From the NCBI GenBank assembly GCA_903873715.1, contig CAIQPS010000142.1, positions 1,693-65,692 of the forward strand: a stretch of 64,000 nucleotides of DNA. The letters run 5' to 3'. The notes below the pieces were generated by a model. It ran no database searches. It had not been told where the DNA came from and saw only the letters and a program-made list of their open reading frames with translations. Made by a program: the position numbers and the translations under genes. This document shows, one piece after another, positions 10,971-21,292 of the stretch (positions are counted from its first letter, which is position 1; each line of letters starts with the position of its first letter). This DNA is from an uncultured Actinomycetes bacterium (GTDB lineage Bacteria > Actinomycetota > Thermoleophilia > RBG-16-64-13).

Positions 10971-11909
10971 TCAGGACCCGGAGCCCGGTCGTGCGCTCGT
11001 ACCGGCCAAAATGCTCTTCGCCGCTTGGACGTCGGGCTCGAGATATGCCGCGCCGGGCGCGTACTCCACATGCCGACCGGTGATGGCCTGGCCCTCCCAG
11101 CCACCCGCCGTCATGGACGCCGACTCGGCTTCGAGCGACGCCAGGAACGCGTCCCGGTCACCGCCCACGTGCGCATCCGCGAGCCAACCACCGGCTGCGA
11201 CCGACCCTGCGTGCTGGGCGCTGAGCGCGCCTGCGAGCACGGCGGCCACGGCCCCGGCGTCGGCGCCCTGGCCGTCCAACTCCTCGGGAAGCCCACTCCC
11301 TCCGACGGCTCCGGTCACGGCCTGCCGCAGGTCGCTCCACTCGATCGAGGCGACGGCGGCGATGGACGCATCCAGGACGTCGCTCACAGCCTGCTCCGGC
11401 CCCGACAGGTCATCCGGGGAGGTGTAGACGTCGGCGAGACGCTCGAACCTGTCTCCCACCCGCAGCAGTGTCACGGACGGCATCCCCAGCACCACACCGC
11501 GGTCCGGACCACCCGAGACCAGAGCGAAAACGGCCGGGGAACCACCCTGCAACACGACCAGGAGGGCCGCACCGTCCACCGGTCCGGCGGAGCCGGCCTC
11601 GGTGGTGGATGTCGGTGCGATCGTGCTCGTCTGGGTGGAGGCCGTCTCTGCGAGCGTGGTCGGGGCAACCGTCGTCTGCGCCGTCCGCGCATCGGAGACA
11701 GCCGGCCACCAACCGTCGGCGAGCGGAGAGGAAAGGACTACTACGGCGGCCACCACGATAACCACGAGCGATCCGGTGAGGATGGTGCGCCCGGGCCGTT
11801 CGGGCCTGCGCCTTGCACGGCGCGTGCGCTGCCGGCGCGCGGCGTGGCGCGTGGACCGGCGCTCTACCGGCTGCCCGTGTTCAGGAGGCCACTCTTCAAG
11901 GTCGTTCAT
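10971..11909 (-). CDS. Membrane-anchored protein, probable degenerate LCP (LytR-CpsA-Psr) family
   Basis: Basic N-terminus, TM helix, Thr-rich linker, then LCP-like spacing (VLGMPSVTLL…RLADVY…AVSDVLDASIAAVASIEWSDL); follows nadD. Confidence 0.5.
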   Translation of the reverse strand: MNDLEEWPPEHGQPVERRSTRHAARRQRTRRARRRPERPGRTILTGSLVVIVVAAVVVLSSPLADGWWPAVSDARTAQTTVAPTTLAETASTQTSTIAPTSTTEAGSAGPVDGAALLVVLQGGSPAVFALVSGGPDRGVVLGMPSVTLLRVGDRFERLADVYTSPDDLSGPEQAVSDVLDASIAAVASIEWSDLRQAVTGAVGGSGLPEELDGQGADAGAVAAVLAGALSAQHAGSVAAGGWLADAHVGGDRDAFLASLEAESASMTAGGWEGQAITGRHVEYAPGAAYLEPDVQAAKSILAGTSARPGSGS

Positions 11910-12583
11910 ATCCCGCTGCCTGGGCGGTACTCGTCACTGGAATCGATGAGGTCGCACACCGCGTCGGGCACCAGATATCGCACGGGAAGCCCGGCGGCGA
12001 TGCGCTGCCGGATCATGCTCGAGGAGATGTCGAGACCGGGGACGTCCATGACCCGCACCTTGGCTTCAGGCCCGGTCCCCACCACGCCGGCGCCGAGAGA
12101 GGCCAGCACCGAGGCGAGCCGGGACAGGTCGAAGCCCGGCCGGGTGGCGGCAAGGAGGGTACAGCGCGCGAGCACGCCCTGGGGGTCCTTCCAGCTGAGG
12201 ATGTCCAGGACCGCGTCCGCACCTGTAATGAAGAAAAGGACTGCATCCGGCTGGAGGGCGCCCTTGAGATACTCGAGCGTGTCCACCGTGTAGTCGGTGC
12301 CGGGCTGGTCGATCTCCAGGCGGGAGACCGAGAACCGGGGGTTGGACGCCGTGGCGGCCACGGTCATGCGGTAGCGGAACTCCGGCGAAGCGAGTCGGCG
12401 CTTCTTGTGAGGCGGCTGGCCCGACGGCATGAACACGACCTCGTCCAGCCCGAACTGGGTCAAGGCCTCCTGCGCCGCCACGAGATGGGCGATATGGACG
12501 GGATCGAACGCCCCGCCCATGATGCCCAGCCGCAGCCCCCGGCGCGCGCTCAGACGGGATATCGGATCGGCCTCGTGCGTCAC
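11906..12583 (-). CDS. nadD: Nicotinate-nucleotide adenylyltransferase
   Basis: GGAFDPVHIAH, YTVDTL, FITGAD, ISSSMIR. Confidence 0.96.
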   Translation of the reverse strand: MTHEADPISRLSARRGLRLGIMGGAFDPVHIAHLVAAQEALTQFGLDEVVFMPSGQPPHKKRRLASPEFRYRMTVAATASNPRFSVSRLEIDQPGTDYTVDTLEYLKGALQPDAVLFFITGADAVLDILSWKDPQGVLARCTLLAATRPGFDLSRLASVLASLGAGVVGTGPEAKVRVMDVPGLDISSSMIRQRIAAGLPVRYLVPDAVCDLIDSSDEYRPGSGI

Positions 12584-12607
12584 GCCGCCTCTCCTTCGGC
12601 CGCCCGG

Positions 12608-13879
12608 TTAGCGGACGTGCCCTTCCCCGGTGACCACATACTTGATGGACGTCAGTTCTTTGAGAGCCAGGGGCCCGCGGGCGTGGAGCTTCTGCGTGGA
12701 GATGCCGATCTCCGCCCCGAGGCCGAAGACCCCACCGTCGGTGAAGCGGGTCGATGCGTTGATGTAGATGACCGCGGCATCCACGGCGCGCGCGAAGCGG
12801 CGCGCCGCCTCCAGGTCCCGCGTGACGATGGCCTCGGAATGTCCGGTGCCGTACCGCGCGATGTGCTCGACGGCCTCCTCCAGACCGGAGACGACCTTGA
12901 CGGCCATCTGCAGGTCGAGGAACTCGGTGGCATAGTGGGTCTCGGTGGCCGTTTCCAGAGGCGCCGGGGTCTCACCCGCCAACTCGCGGGTCCGCTCGTC
13001 AACGAACAGCTTGACCTCACGCTCCTGCAGCCCCTTGGTGACGGCGGCCATGAAGTCCGGAGCCACGGCCTCGTGCACCAGCAGCGTCTCGGCGGCGTTG
13101 CACACTCCCGGGCGCTGACACTTCGCGTTGATGGTTATGTCCAAGGCGCTCTTGAGGTCGGCCGTCTCGTCGACGTAGATGTGGCAGTTCCCGCCCGCCG
13201 CGTAGATGACCGGCACCTTCGAATGTTCGAGCAGGAAGTCCTTGAGGGCCTCGCCCCCGCGCGGGATGACGAGGTCCACCTGGTCGCGCATCTGCAGCAG
13301 TTCGATGAGAGCGTCGCGGTCCTTGTCGAGCATGAACTGGATGGCGTCGCCGGGCAGGCCGGCTTCCAGGGCCGCGCCCGTGATCACCTCGGCGAGGATA
13401 CGGTTGGAGCGGTAGGCATCGCTGCCGCCGCGCAGGATGACGGCGTTGCCGGTCTTGAGGCAGAGCGCGGCAGCGTCGACGGTTACGTTGGGCCGGGCCT
13501 CGTAGACCACGCAGATGACCCCGAAGGGCACCCGCACCCGCTGGATCTCCAGGCCTTCCGGCGTCCTCCACCCGGACACGATCTCGCCGACCGGGTCCGG
13601 AAGGGCCGCGATGTCCCGCAGACTGGAGGCGATGCCCTTGAGCCGCTGCTCGTCGAGGAGCAGCCGGTCGATAAGGGCCTTGGTGAGGCCCTTCTTGCGG
13701 CCTTCCTCCACGTCCTTGGCGTTCTCCACCAGGATCTCGGCCGAGCGGCGCTGAAGCGCATCGGCCATGGCGACCAGGGCGCGGTTCTTCTCCGCCGCGG
13801 TCATGAGTGCCAGCCGCCGGGACGCGCTCTTCGCGGCCGCGGCCAATCCGGTGATCTTCGCCAGTCCGTTGCTGTTCAA
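12608..13879 (-). CDS. proA: Gamma-glutamyl phosphate reductase
   Basis: YEARPNVT, IPRGG, CNAAETLL, NASTRFTDG, STQKLHARGP. Confidence 0.97.
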   Translation of the reverse strand: MNSNGLAKITGLAAAAKSASRRLALMTAAEKNRALVAMADALQRRSAEILVENAKDVEEGRKKGLTKALIDRLLLDEQRLKGIASSLRDIAALPDPVGEIVSGWRTPEGLEIQRVRVPFGVICVVYEARPNVTVDAAALCLKTGNAVILRGGSDAYRSNRILAEVITGAALEAGLPGDAIQFMLDKDRDALIELLQMRDQVDLVIPRGGEALKDFLLEHSKVPVIYAAGGNCHIYVDETADLKSALDITINAKCQRPGVCNAAETLLVHEAVAPDFMAAVTKGLQEREVKLFVDERTRELAGETPAPLETATETHYATEFLDLQMAVKVVSGLEEAVEHIARYGTGHSEAIVTRDLEAARRFARAVDAAVIYINASTRFTDGGVFGLGAEIGISTQKLHARGPLALKELTSIKYVVTGEGHVR

Positions 13880-13894
13880 GTCGCCTCCTGCCTC

Positions 13895-15004
13895 TTAACA
13901 AACCAACACGAGATAGTCCCGGTGGATGGCCTCCGGGGACGAAGCGGGCAGTATCTCGGCCACCCGCGCACTGTGCAACCCCTTCACCCGGTCCAAGTCT
14001 TCCTTGGAGTAGCTGACCAGACCCTTGGCCAGCTCCACTCCGTCGGCGCCGACCACCGTGACCGCGTCGCCGGCCGCGAAGTCGCCCTCCACCCGGGTGA
14101 CACCGACCGGGAGCAGGCTCCCCTTGCCGCGGAGCGCCTTGGCCGCCCCCGCATCGACGACGACCTTGCCGTTGGCCGGCTTGCCGTACAGCAGCCAGAG
14201 CTTATAGTCTGGCAGACCGAGCGGACGGGGCGGGAACCGGGTGCCCACATCCTCGCCCGTGAGACAGGCGGTCAGCACGCCCGGCCGGGTGCCCCGAGCT
14301 ATGACGGTCTCCACTCCCCCGCTGGTGGCGATGCGGGCGCTGTTCACCTTGCTGCCCATGCCCCCGCGCCCCAGCGCGCTCACCGCGCCGATGGTGACGC
14401 ACTCGAGGTCGCCGAGACCGTCGACCGTGTTGATGAGCCGCGCGTCCGGATCCTCTCGCGGGTCGGCCGTGTAGAGGCCGTCCGTGTCCGTCAGGAGTAC
14501 GAGCAGGTCGGCCTTCACCAGCAGGGCCACCTGGGCCGCCAGGGCGTCGTTGTCGCCGAAGCAGAGCTCGTCGATGGAGGTGGTGTCGTTCTCGTTGATG
14601 ATCGGGACGACCTTCCACTCGAGCAGGCGCTTGAGAGTGTTGCGGGCGTTGAGATACTGGGTGCGGGCCGCGACGTCGAAGGCGGTGAGCAGCACCTGGG
14701 CCGTCACCACGTTCTCGTGGGCGAAGAGCTCGGTGTAGGTGCGAAGGAGATGCCCCTGCCCCACCGCGGCCGCGGCCTGCAGGTCCACGACGGCGTTGGG
14801 GCGGCGCTTCTTGCGCAGGATGCCCATGCCCGAGGACACGGCGCCCGACGACACGAGCAGCACCCTATGGCCCGCGGCCAGCAGTTCGCACACCTCCGAG
14901 ACCAGGCCCGCCATCGGGGCCAGCCGGAACGTGCCCCGCTCGGTGGTGAGCGTGGTGGAGCCTATCTTGACGACTATGGTCTTGCCGGTCTTCTTGTCCG
15001 CCAC
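13895..15004 (-). CDS. proB: Glutamate 5-kinase with PUA domain
   Basis: VVKIGS, INENDT, FGDND, GGMGSK, SLLPVGV. Confidence 0.97.
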   Translation of the reverse strand: MADKKTGKTIVVKIGSTTLTTERGTFRLAPMAGLVSEVCELLAAGHRVLLVSSGAVSSGMGILRKKRRPNAVVDLQAAAAVGQGHLLRTYTELFAHENVVTAQVLLTAFDVAARTQYLNARNTLKRLLEWKVVPIINENDTTSIDELCFGDNDALAAQVALLVKADLLVLLTDTDGLYTADPREDPDARLINTVDGLGDLECVTIGAVSALGRGGMGSKVNSARIATSGGVETVIARGTRPGVLTACLTGEDVGTRFPPRPLGLPDYKLWLLYGKPANGKVVVDAGAAKALRGKGSLLPVGVTRVEGDFAAGDAVTVVGADGVELAKGLVSYSKEDLDRVKGLHSARVAEILPASSPEAIHRDYLVLVC

Positions 15005-15015
15005 CGTGGCCGCCT

Positions 15016-16431
15016 TTACTGGAACTCGAACGTATAGCCCTCGAGATCCACTTCGTCGCCGGGCTGCGCGCCCTTGGATTTTAGTGCAGCGTACACTCCG
15101 AGCCGGTCGAGCCGCTCGGCCAGATACTGAACAGCTTCTTCATTATCGAGGTCAAACCTGCTTACGAGGCGCTTGACCGCCTTGCCTTTGACCGCGAAGC
15201 CGGTCTCCTCATCGTGGGTGACCACGAAGCTCCGGGCGCCCGTGGGCGCCGGACGGTACGTCACGTGACGGCCTTCGGTCCGCTCCTCGACGGCGCCCGA
15301 CTCGGCCGCGGCGCCCTCATCCGCCAGGGTGTCCGGCGCGGTCATGCGCACGATGAGCGGCCCCACCCAGGACAGCAGCGCGCTGATCCCGGCGCCTGTG
15401 ACGGCCGACACCGGTCTCACCAGCCGGGCCGCCGGGGGCAGTTCGCCTTCTATCTCGTACGTGTAGGCCGGATGGCCCTCCCCGCGCAGCCGCTCCACCT
15501 CGCCTATGAACGTGCGCTCCCATTCCTGCACCGTCTCCGGCGGCAGCGCGTCTATCTTGTTGAGGACGATGGTCTGGGGCTTGCCGGCCAGGTCGGCGGC
15601 ATGGGCGTCCAACTCCCCGAGGATCGTGCGGAAGCCTTCGAGCGGCTCCACCCCGTAGTAGCCGGTGATGTCCACGACGTGCAGCAGCACCTGGCAGCGC
15701 TCGAGATGGGCCAGGAACTCGTGGCCCAGCCCCACTCCCTCGCTGGCGCCTTCCAGGAGCCCGGGCACGTCGGCCAGGGTGAAGGTGTCGCCTTCGCCGG
15801 TCCAGTCGACGACGCCAAGCATCGGTTCCAGCGTCGTGAAGGGGTAGTCGGCCACCTTGGGCTTGGCATTGGAGAGCCGGCGCAACAACGAGGATTTGCC
15901 CGCGTTGGGGAGGCCCGCGAGGCCCGCGTCGGCCATGAGCCGCAGCGACAGCTGCACCCAGAAGCCTTCGCCTTCCTCGCCCAACTCCCCGAAGTGCGGG
16001 GCCTGCCTCACCGAGTTCACGAAGCGGGTGTTGCCCTTGCCGCCCAGGCCGCCCTCGGCGATGACCACCCTCTGCCCCGGCTTGGTGATGTCTGCGAGCA
16101 GTTCGTCGGGCGCGTCCTCTTCACCCTCGGTGCCGTGGATGCGCCACAGTTGGGTCCCCAGCGGCACGGGTATGACGGCGTCTTCGCCGTTGGCGCCGTG
16201 CTTGCGCGCGCCCATGCCCGCTCCGCCGCTGCCGGCCTTGTAGTGGACCTTGTAGGTGAAGGGCTGGAGATCGCGCAGTTGCGGATCCCCCACGACGATC
16301 ACGTCGCCGCCCCGGCCCCCGTCGCCGCCGTCGGGCCCGCCCCGGGGCACGTGGATCTCATGGCGAAAAGAAACGCAGCCGTTCCCGCCGTTCCCGGCCG
16401 CCACATGGATCTTTGCTTGATCGAAGAACAT
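15016..16431 (-). CDS. obgE: GTPase ObgE/CgtA
   Basis: Gly-rich Obg domain, GLPNAGKSS, YPFTT, DVPG, NKID, C-terminal OCT domain. Confidence 0.97.
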   Translation of the reverse strand: MFFDQAKIHVAAGNGGNGCVSFRHEIHVPRGGPDGGDGGRGGDVIVVGDPQLRDLQPFTYKVHYKAGSGGAGMGARKHGANGEDAVIPVPLGTQLWRIHGTEGEEDAPDELLADITKPGQRVVIAEGGLGGKGNTRFVNSVRQAPHFGELGEEGEGFWVQLSLRLMADAGLAGLPNAGKSSLLRRLSNAKPKVADYPFTTLEPMLGVVDWTGEGDTFTLADVPGLLEGASEGVGLGHEFLAHLERCQVLLHVVDITGYYGVEPLEGFRTILGELDAHAADLAGKPQTIVLNKIDALPPETVQEWERTFIGEVERLRGEGHPAYTYEIEGELPPAARLVRPVSAVTGAGISALLSWVGPLIVRMTAPDTLADEGAAAESGAVEERTEGRHVTYRPAPTGARSFVVTHDEETGFAVKGKAVKRLVSRFDLDNEEAVQYLAERLDRLGVYAALKSKGAQPGDEVDLEGYTFEFQ

Positions 16432-16490
16432 GGACGGCGCCGGTCACGGCGAGCCCGGCTGCGTTGTGAACGCAGACCTGAGCCCGGTCG

Positions 16491-16742
16491 CTACTCGGTT
16501 ACGATGCTGATGACGCGCCCGACTTTGCCCGTGGTGAACTCCACGGTGCCGGGAGCGGTCGCGAAAAGGGTGTCGTCTTTGCCGATACCGACGTTCTCGC
16601 CCGGGCGGAACTTGGTGCCGCGCTGGCGCACGAGGATCTCGCCGGCTTTGACGGTCTCGCCCGCGAAGGCTTTGACACCCAGGCGCTGAGCCTGCGAATC
16701 GCGGCCGTTCCTGGAGCTACCGCCACCTTTCTTATGAGCCAT
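16491..16742 (-). CDS. rpmA: 50S ribosomal protein L27
   Basis: [16 protein letters not shown]…RQRGTK. Confidence 0.98.
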   Translation of the reverse strand: MAHKKGGGSSRNGRDSQAQRLGVKAFAGETVKAGEILVRQRGTKFRPGENVGIGKDDTLFATAPGTVEFTTGKVGRVISIVTE

Positions 16743-16778
16743 GTCCTATCCCTTCCTTATAGCTCGAACAGGCCGAGC

Positions 16779-17081
16779 CTAGGCGATCTTCTGCACTTCG
16801 AGCTTCGTCTGCGCCGCGCGGAAACCGGCCTTCTTGCGCCAGCCACGCTTGGGCTTGAACCTCGAGATCTTGATCTTCGGACCACGCAGGTGCTCGACCA
16901 CGAGAGCCGTGACGGTGGCTTCCTTGCCATCGGCGGCCAGACGGAGGTCTCCCCCGTCGGCGACGAGCAGCGAGGGCAGCTCGACGGTGGCACCTTCGGC
17001 AGCGTCAACGCGGTCGACGACGACCTGCTGCCCTTCTTCTACCCGGTATTGCTTACCGCCGACCTTGACGATGGCGAACAT
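16779..17081 (-). CDS. rplU: 50S ribosomal protein L21
   Basis: MFAIVKVGGKQYRV…; directly upstream of rpmA. Confidence 0.97.
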   Translation of the reverse strand: MFAIVKVGGKQYRVEEGQQVVVDRVDAAEGATVELPSLLVADGGDLRLAADGKEATVTALVVEHLRGPKIKISRFKPKRGWRKKAGFRAAQTKLEVQKIA

Positions 17082-17145
17082 CCCGACTCCTCAATGATTC
17101 TCAACCGACAGCACACAGCCGCCCGACGGCGGCCGCGAGCAACGC

Positions 17146-17154
17146 AGTATAGCA
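17146..17154 (-). promoter_or_regulatory. Extended -10 promoter (TGC-TATACT) for rplU-rpmA
   Basis: TGn-TATACT about 65 nt upstream of the rplU start. Confidence 0.6.
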
Positions 17155-17181
17155 AGGTTGTTGCCGCGCTGCCACCTTTGT

Positions 17182-18621
17182 TCAATCCGGCACGATCGCG
17201 ACGTGCGCCAACGGTATCTCGCCGACCGCTTCCTGCACCTCGGCCCGCCGCCCCGTCTGCGCGACGAGCCTGCGCATGACCTCTCCGCCCGGCGCCAGCC
17301 GGCCCAGCAGACGCGGATGCACCGCGACCCGCACGACCGGCAGGTCCGATGCGCGCAGCAGGTCGGCGAGCCGCCGCTCCACCACGATGAGTGCAGACTC
17401 GTCGGATATCACCCGGCCGAGACCGCGGCAGGTGGGGCACGTGGCCGTGACGATCTCGCGCAGGCCCTGCGTGGTGTTCTGGCGGGTCATCTCCACCAGC
17501 CCCAAGGGCGAGATCTCCACCACGTAGGTCTTGGTGCGGTCGAGGGTGAACTCCGCCTCCAGTGCGGCGAGCACCACTTCGCGGTTGGTCTTGGCCGTCA
17601 TGTCGATGAAATCGATGACGATGATGCCCCCGATATCCCGCACCCGCAGCTGGCGGACTATCTCCTTGCACGCCTCGAGATTGGTCTTGAGCGTGGTGTT
17701 CTCGAGCTGCTTCTTGCCCACGTAGCGGCCGGTGTTCACGTCGATGACCGTCATGGCCTCGGTGTGGTCGATCACCAGGTAGCCGCCGGAAGGCAGCCCG
17801 ACCCGGCGGGCCAGGGCCTTCTCCATCTCCGGTTCGAGGCCGAAGCGCTCGAACAGCGGCGTGTCTCCTTCGTGGCGCTGGACCAGGTCCTTGTACTCTG
17901 GGGCGACCGCCCGGAGATAACTGACGACGCGGCGGTACAGCTTCTCGTCGTCGACTATGACGGCGTCGAAATCACGGCTGACGAGGTCTCTGACGCTGCG
18001 CAGGGCGAGCTCGGCCTCGGCGTAGACGAGTGACGGCGCCTGCATGCCCGCCGCGCGCCGTTCCGCGGCTGCCCACACGCGCTGCAGGAAGCGCAGGTCG
18101 CGCTCCAAGGCCTCCAGAGCCGCACCCTCAGCCGCCGTACGCACTATCAGGCCCCGGTCCTCCGGCTTCACGTCCTTGACGAGCGCCCGCAGCCGTTCCC
18201 TCTCCGCGTCGGGAAGACGCCGGGACACGCCGGCCCCCTTGCCCGAAGGTATGTACACCACGTAGCGGCCCGGTATTCCTACATCCATGGTCAGGCGCGG
18301 GCCCTTGCCGCCCATCGGGTCGCGGGTCACCTGGACCAGCAACTCCTTGCCCGATTTCAGCAGGTCGCCTATCCGGCGCCCGCCGCCTTTGGCCTCCTGC
18401 GAGACCACCTCGCCCACCGACAGGAACCCGTTCCGTTCCAACCCGATGTCGACGAAGGCCGCATCCATCCCGGGGAGCACGTTCTCGACACGGCCCTTGT
18501 AGACGTTGCCCACGAGCGACTGGCGGTCGGGCCGCTCCAGATACATCTCCGCCAGGCGCCCTTCCTCGAGGATGGCCACCCGGGTCTCGAGATGGTCGCG
18601 CGAGATCAACAGTCGTTTCAT
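17182..18621 (-). CDS. rng: Ribonuclease E/G family
   Basis: S1 domain (VGNVYKGRV…AAFVDIG), IDVNTG, GGIIVIDFIDM, CPTCRG. Confidence 0.93.
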   Translation of the reverse strand: MKRLLISRDHLETRVAILEEGRLAEMYLERPDRQSLVGNVYKGRVENVLPGMDAAFVDIGLERNGFLSVGEVVSQEAKGGGRRIGDLLKSGKELLVQVTRDPMGGKGPRLTMDVGIPGRYVVYIPSGKGAGVSRRLPDAERERLRALVKDVKPEDRGLIVRTAAEGAALEALERDLRFLQRVWAAAERRAAGMQAPSLVYAEAELALRSVRDLVSRDFDAVIVDDEKLYRRVVSYLRAVAPEYKDLVQRHEGDTPLFERFGLEPEMEKALARRVGLPSGGYLVIDHTEAMTVIDVNTGRYVGKKQLENTTLKTNLEACKEIVRQLRVRDIGGIIVIDFIDMTAKTNREVVLAALEAEFTLDRTKTYVVEISPLGLVEMTRQNTTQGLREIVTATCPTCRGLGRVISDESALIVVERRLADLLRASDLPVVRVAVHPRLLGRLAPGGEVMRRLVAQTGRRAEVQEAVGEIPLAHVAIVPD

Positions 18622-18628
18622 CCCAGCG

Positions 18629-21292
18629 TCACTCCCGGTCCAGAAGGATGCCCGTGCGGAACGTCTCCACCGACACGAGCGGCAGACCGGAGGCCTGCGC
18701 CAACGCTTTCAGCACGTTCTCTGGCCGCGCGGTGCCCACCGGAGTGACCGCCGCGGTGAACTCGGCGCACCAGGCGCCGACCGCGCTACCGTCCGGCTCG
18801 GCGGACTCCGCACCCGAGCCACATGCCTTGGCCGGGCCGAGTTCGATATGTCTCACGTATTTGCGCACGTCGACGGCCCGCACCTTGTCCTCGCGGGTCT
18901 CCTCGATCATCCATTCCCCGGACGCGTCGAAACGCTGCACGCCGGCCGCCAGTGCCTCCGTGACCGAGGTCTGCCGCTCTGCGGGCTTACCGGCCGTCTC
19001 CGCGCCCTCTCCTCCGCCGGCCACAGTGAACACCAACCGATACGACGCAGCTGTGACCCGGGCGGCCAGGTGCCGCCTGCCCGTGTAGCGTTCTACGCCG
19101 AGCAACTCCATATGCCCGGGCAGATGAGCGGCCAACCGCTCGGCGAAGTCATCCGGTGGCGGCTCGGCGAGATCGAACTCCGCCATCTCTTCGAGACCTT
19201 GGACCCCGACCCCCAAGGGCATCACGAGGGTGCAGAGCGGCTTGGGCCTCATCCCTTCGGATAGGGCGAGATGGCCGCCGGCGCGGCGCACCGCGCGGCG
19301 GAAGGCCTCCATCCGGTCGAGATGGCCGAGGAACCGGCCCCGGCCGGTCACAGAGAAGCGGGCGACGAACCGGAGGGGCACTGGCGACACAGGCCGTCTC
19401 TCGCCGGCGACGCTCGGAGCCGCCACCGGCGCCGACGCGACCACTGCCGGCGCCGCGGCATCAGCTGGCGCCGCGGCATCCACTCCCGCAGCCACGGTGC
19501 AGCGCCGCGCGGCCAGGTCGTTCCCGGGCGGTTCGTCGCAGGCCCCGCAATCGTCGCAGCCGTCCCACCGGCAATCACCGGTCAGTTCGGCGCGCGAGGC
19601 CCTCTCCCACTCGCCCCACAGGTACTCGTGGTCGGGGACGTTGTCCACCACATCCCAGGGCAGCGCCGCATCGCGGTCCAGGGCGGCCGTCGCGATCGCT
19701 TCGGTCGACGTCCCTTCGTCCGCGAAGGCCTGGGCCCAGGCGGCCGGTCTGAACTGCTCGGTCCAGGAGTCGAAGCGCGCACCGTTGCGCCAGGCCCTCT
19801 CGATGGTCTCCCCTATGGCGGGCCCGCCGCGGGCCAGCGTCGCTTCCAGATATCCCTTGTCCGGGTTGGGCATGGACAGCCGGATGCCCGGCTTGCGCAG
19901 CTTCGCCCGCAGCAGTTCCTGCCGGCGGCGGACCGTGTCCCGCGGAGCCATGGCCGCCCACTGGAAGGGGGTGAAGGGCTTGGGGATGAAGGTGTTGACG
20001 CTCACGTTGATCTGGAGCCGGCTCGCCCTGCCGCCCAGGACTCGCCGCCCGGTGTCCCGGATGCGAAGAACCAGGTCGCCGATGGCCTCCACGTCCTCGT
20101 CTGCCTCCCAGGGCAGGCCCAGCATGAAATAGAGCTTCAAAGTGCTTCTGCCGCCCAGGAAGGCCTCCTCGGCGGCCGAGAGGATGTCGTCCTCCGTGAC
20201 GTTCTTGTTGATGATGTCGCGCATGCGCTGGCTGCCCGCCTCCGGCGCCAGGGTCAGCGAGTTTCCGGTCGGCGAGGCCAGCCAGGCGAGCTTCACGGAA
20301 GCGCTGTCGACCCTGAGGGACGGCAGAGAGAGGTTCACCTCGGGATGGGCCTCCGCCACCCCGGTAAGCACCTCGGCCAGACACGAGTAGTCCGTGGTGG
20401 AAAGCGAGGCGAACGCCAGTTCCTGGTGCCCCGTGGCGGCGAGTTGCGCGCCCGCCATCTCGAGGACCTCGGCCCCCGGGCGCTCCCGGACCGGCCGGTA
20501 CCACATGCCCGCCTGGCAGAAGCGGCACCCGCGGGTGCAGCCACGCATGACTTCCACCCAGGCCCGGTCGTGCACGCCGGCCACGAGCGGCACCAGCCCC
20601 GAGGCCGGGTACGGCGCTCCCGAGAGACGGCCCAGGCTGCGCCGCTCCACCCGGCCGCTCACACCGGGGACGAAGACCCCGTCGACCTCGCTCAACCGGC
20701 GCTTGATCTGCGCCCTCGCCGCTCCCGCCGCTCGGGCGGCCGAGACGGCTCGGAGGATATCGGGGAACAGTTCCTCGCCGTCACCGACGGCCACCGCATC
20801 CACGAAGCGGCTCACCGGCGCGAAGTTCGCGCACGCCGGTCCTCCTACAAGCACCAGCGGGTCGCCCTCCCCGCGGTCCTCCGCGTGAAGCGGTATGCCG
20901 GCCAGGTCGAGCATCTCCAACAGGTTGGTGTAGTGGAACTCGTGCTGCAGCGTGACGCCCAGCAGATGGGCTTCGGCGACCGGCGTCCAACTCTCCAGGG
21001 TGAGGAGCGGCACGCCGGCGTCGCGCATCATCCCGATGGCGTCTACCCACGGCAGGTAGGCCCGCTCGACCCCGACCCCCTCCACACCACGGGCGACGTG
21101 ATAGAGGATCTGGATGGCCTGGTTGGAGATGGCTATCTCGTAGGTGTCGGGGAAGCCGAGGACCACCCGGAGCTCGGCGGGGTGTCCGCTGAACCCAGGC
21201 CCCGCCCCCGCCTCTTCGCCCGTCAGCCGGGCCGGCTGCCGGATCCCGGCGAGAACGGCCTCGAAGGCGCTGTCATACCGGGTGGCGCTCAA
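18629..21292 (-). CDS. TIGR03960-type radical SAM protein fused to a TIGR03936/DUF2344-type domain
   Basis: FPDTYEI, RGCTRGCRFCQAG (CxxxCxxC), SLPSLR, APEAGSQRMR, DCRWDGCDDCGAC, then RFLGHLD…FRRAVRRAG…SEGMRPKP; TTG start overlaps the upstream stop. Confidence 0.85.
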   Translation of the reverse strand: MSATRYDSAFEAVLAGIRQPARLTGEEAGAGPGFSGHPAELRVVLGFPDTYEIAISNQAIQILYHVARGVEGVGVERAYLPWVDAIGMMRDAGVPLLTLESWTPVAEAHLLGVTLQHEFHYTNLLEMLDLAGIPLHAEDRGEGDPLVLVGGPACANFAPVSRFVDAVAVGDGEELFPDILRAVSAARAAGAARAQIKRRLSEVDGVFVPGVSGRVERRSLGRLSGAPYPASGLVPLVAGVHDRAWVEVMRGCTRGCRFCQAGMWYRPVRERPGAEVLEMAGAQLAATGHQELAFASLSTTDYSCLAEVLTGVAEAHPEVNLSLPSLRVDSASVKLAWLASPTGNSLTLAPEAGSQRMRDIINKNVTEDDILSAAEEAFLGGRSTLKLYFMLGLPWEADEDVEAIGDLVLRIRDTGRRVLGGRASRLQINVSVNTFIPKPFTPFQWAAMAPRDTVRRRQELLRAKLRKPGIRLSMPNPDKGYLEATLARGGPAIGETIERAWRNGARFDSWTEQFRPAAWAQAFADEGTSTEAIATAALDRDAALPWDVVDNVPDHEYLWGEWERASRAELTGDCRWDGCDDCGACDEPPGNDLAARRCTVAAGVDAAAPADAAAPAVVASAPVAAPSVAGERRPVSPVPLRFVARFSVTGRGRFLGHLDRMEAFRRAVRRAGGHLALSEGMRPKPLCTLVMPLGVGVQGLEEMAEFDLAEPPPDDFAERLAAHLPGHMELLGVERYTGRRHLAARVTAASYRLVFTVAGGGEGAETAGKPAERQTSVTEALAAGVQRFDASGEWMIEETREDKVRAVDVRKYVRHIELGPAKACGSGAESAEPDGSAVGAWCAEFTAAVTPVGTARPENVLKALAQASGLPLVSVETFRTGILLDRE

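Noticed and set aside
11813..15037. 1074-aa plus-strand ORF, and similar long antisense ORFs such as 7611-9782 and 36155-38713
   Set aside because: Shadow frames opposite well-conserved genes in high-GC DNA; no recognisable motifs
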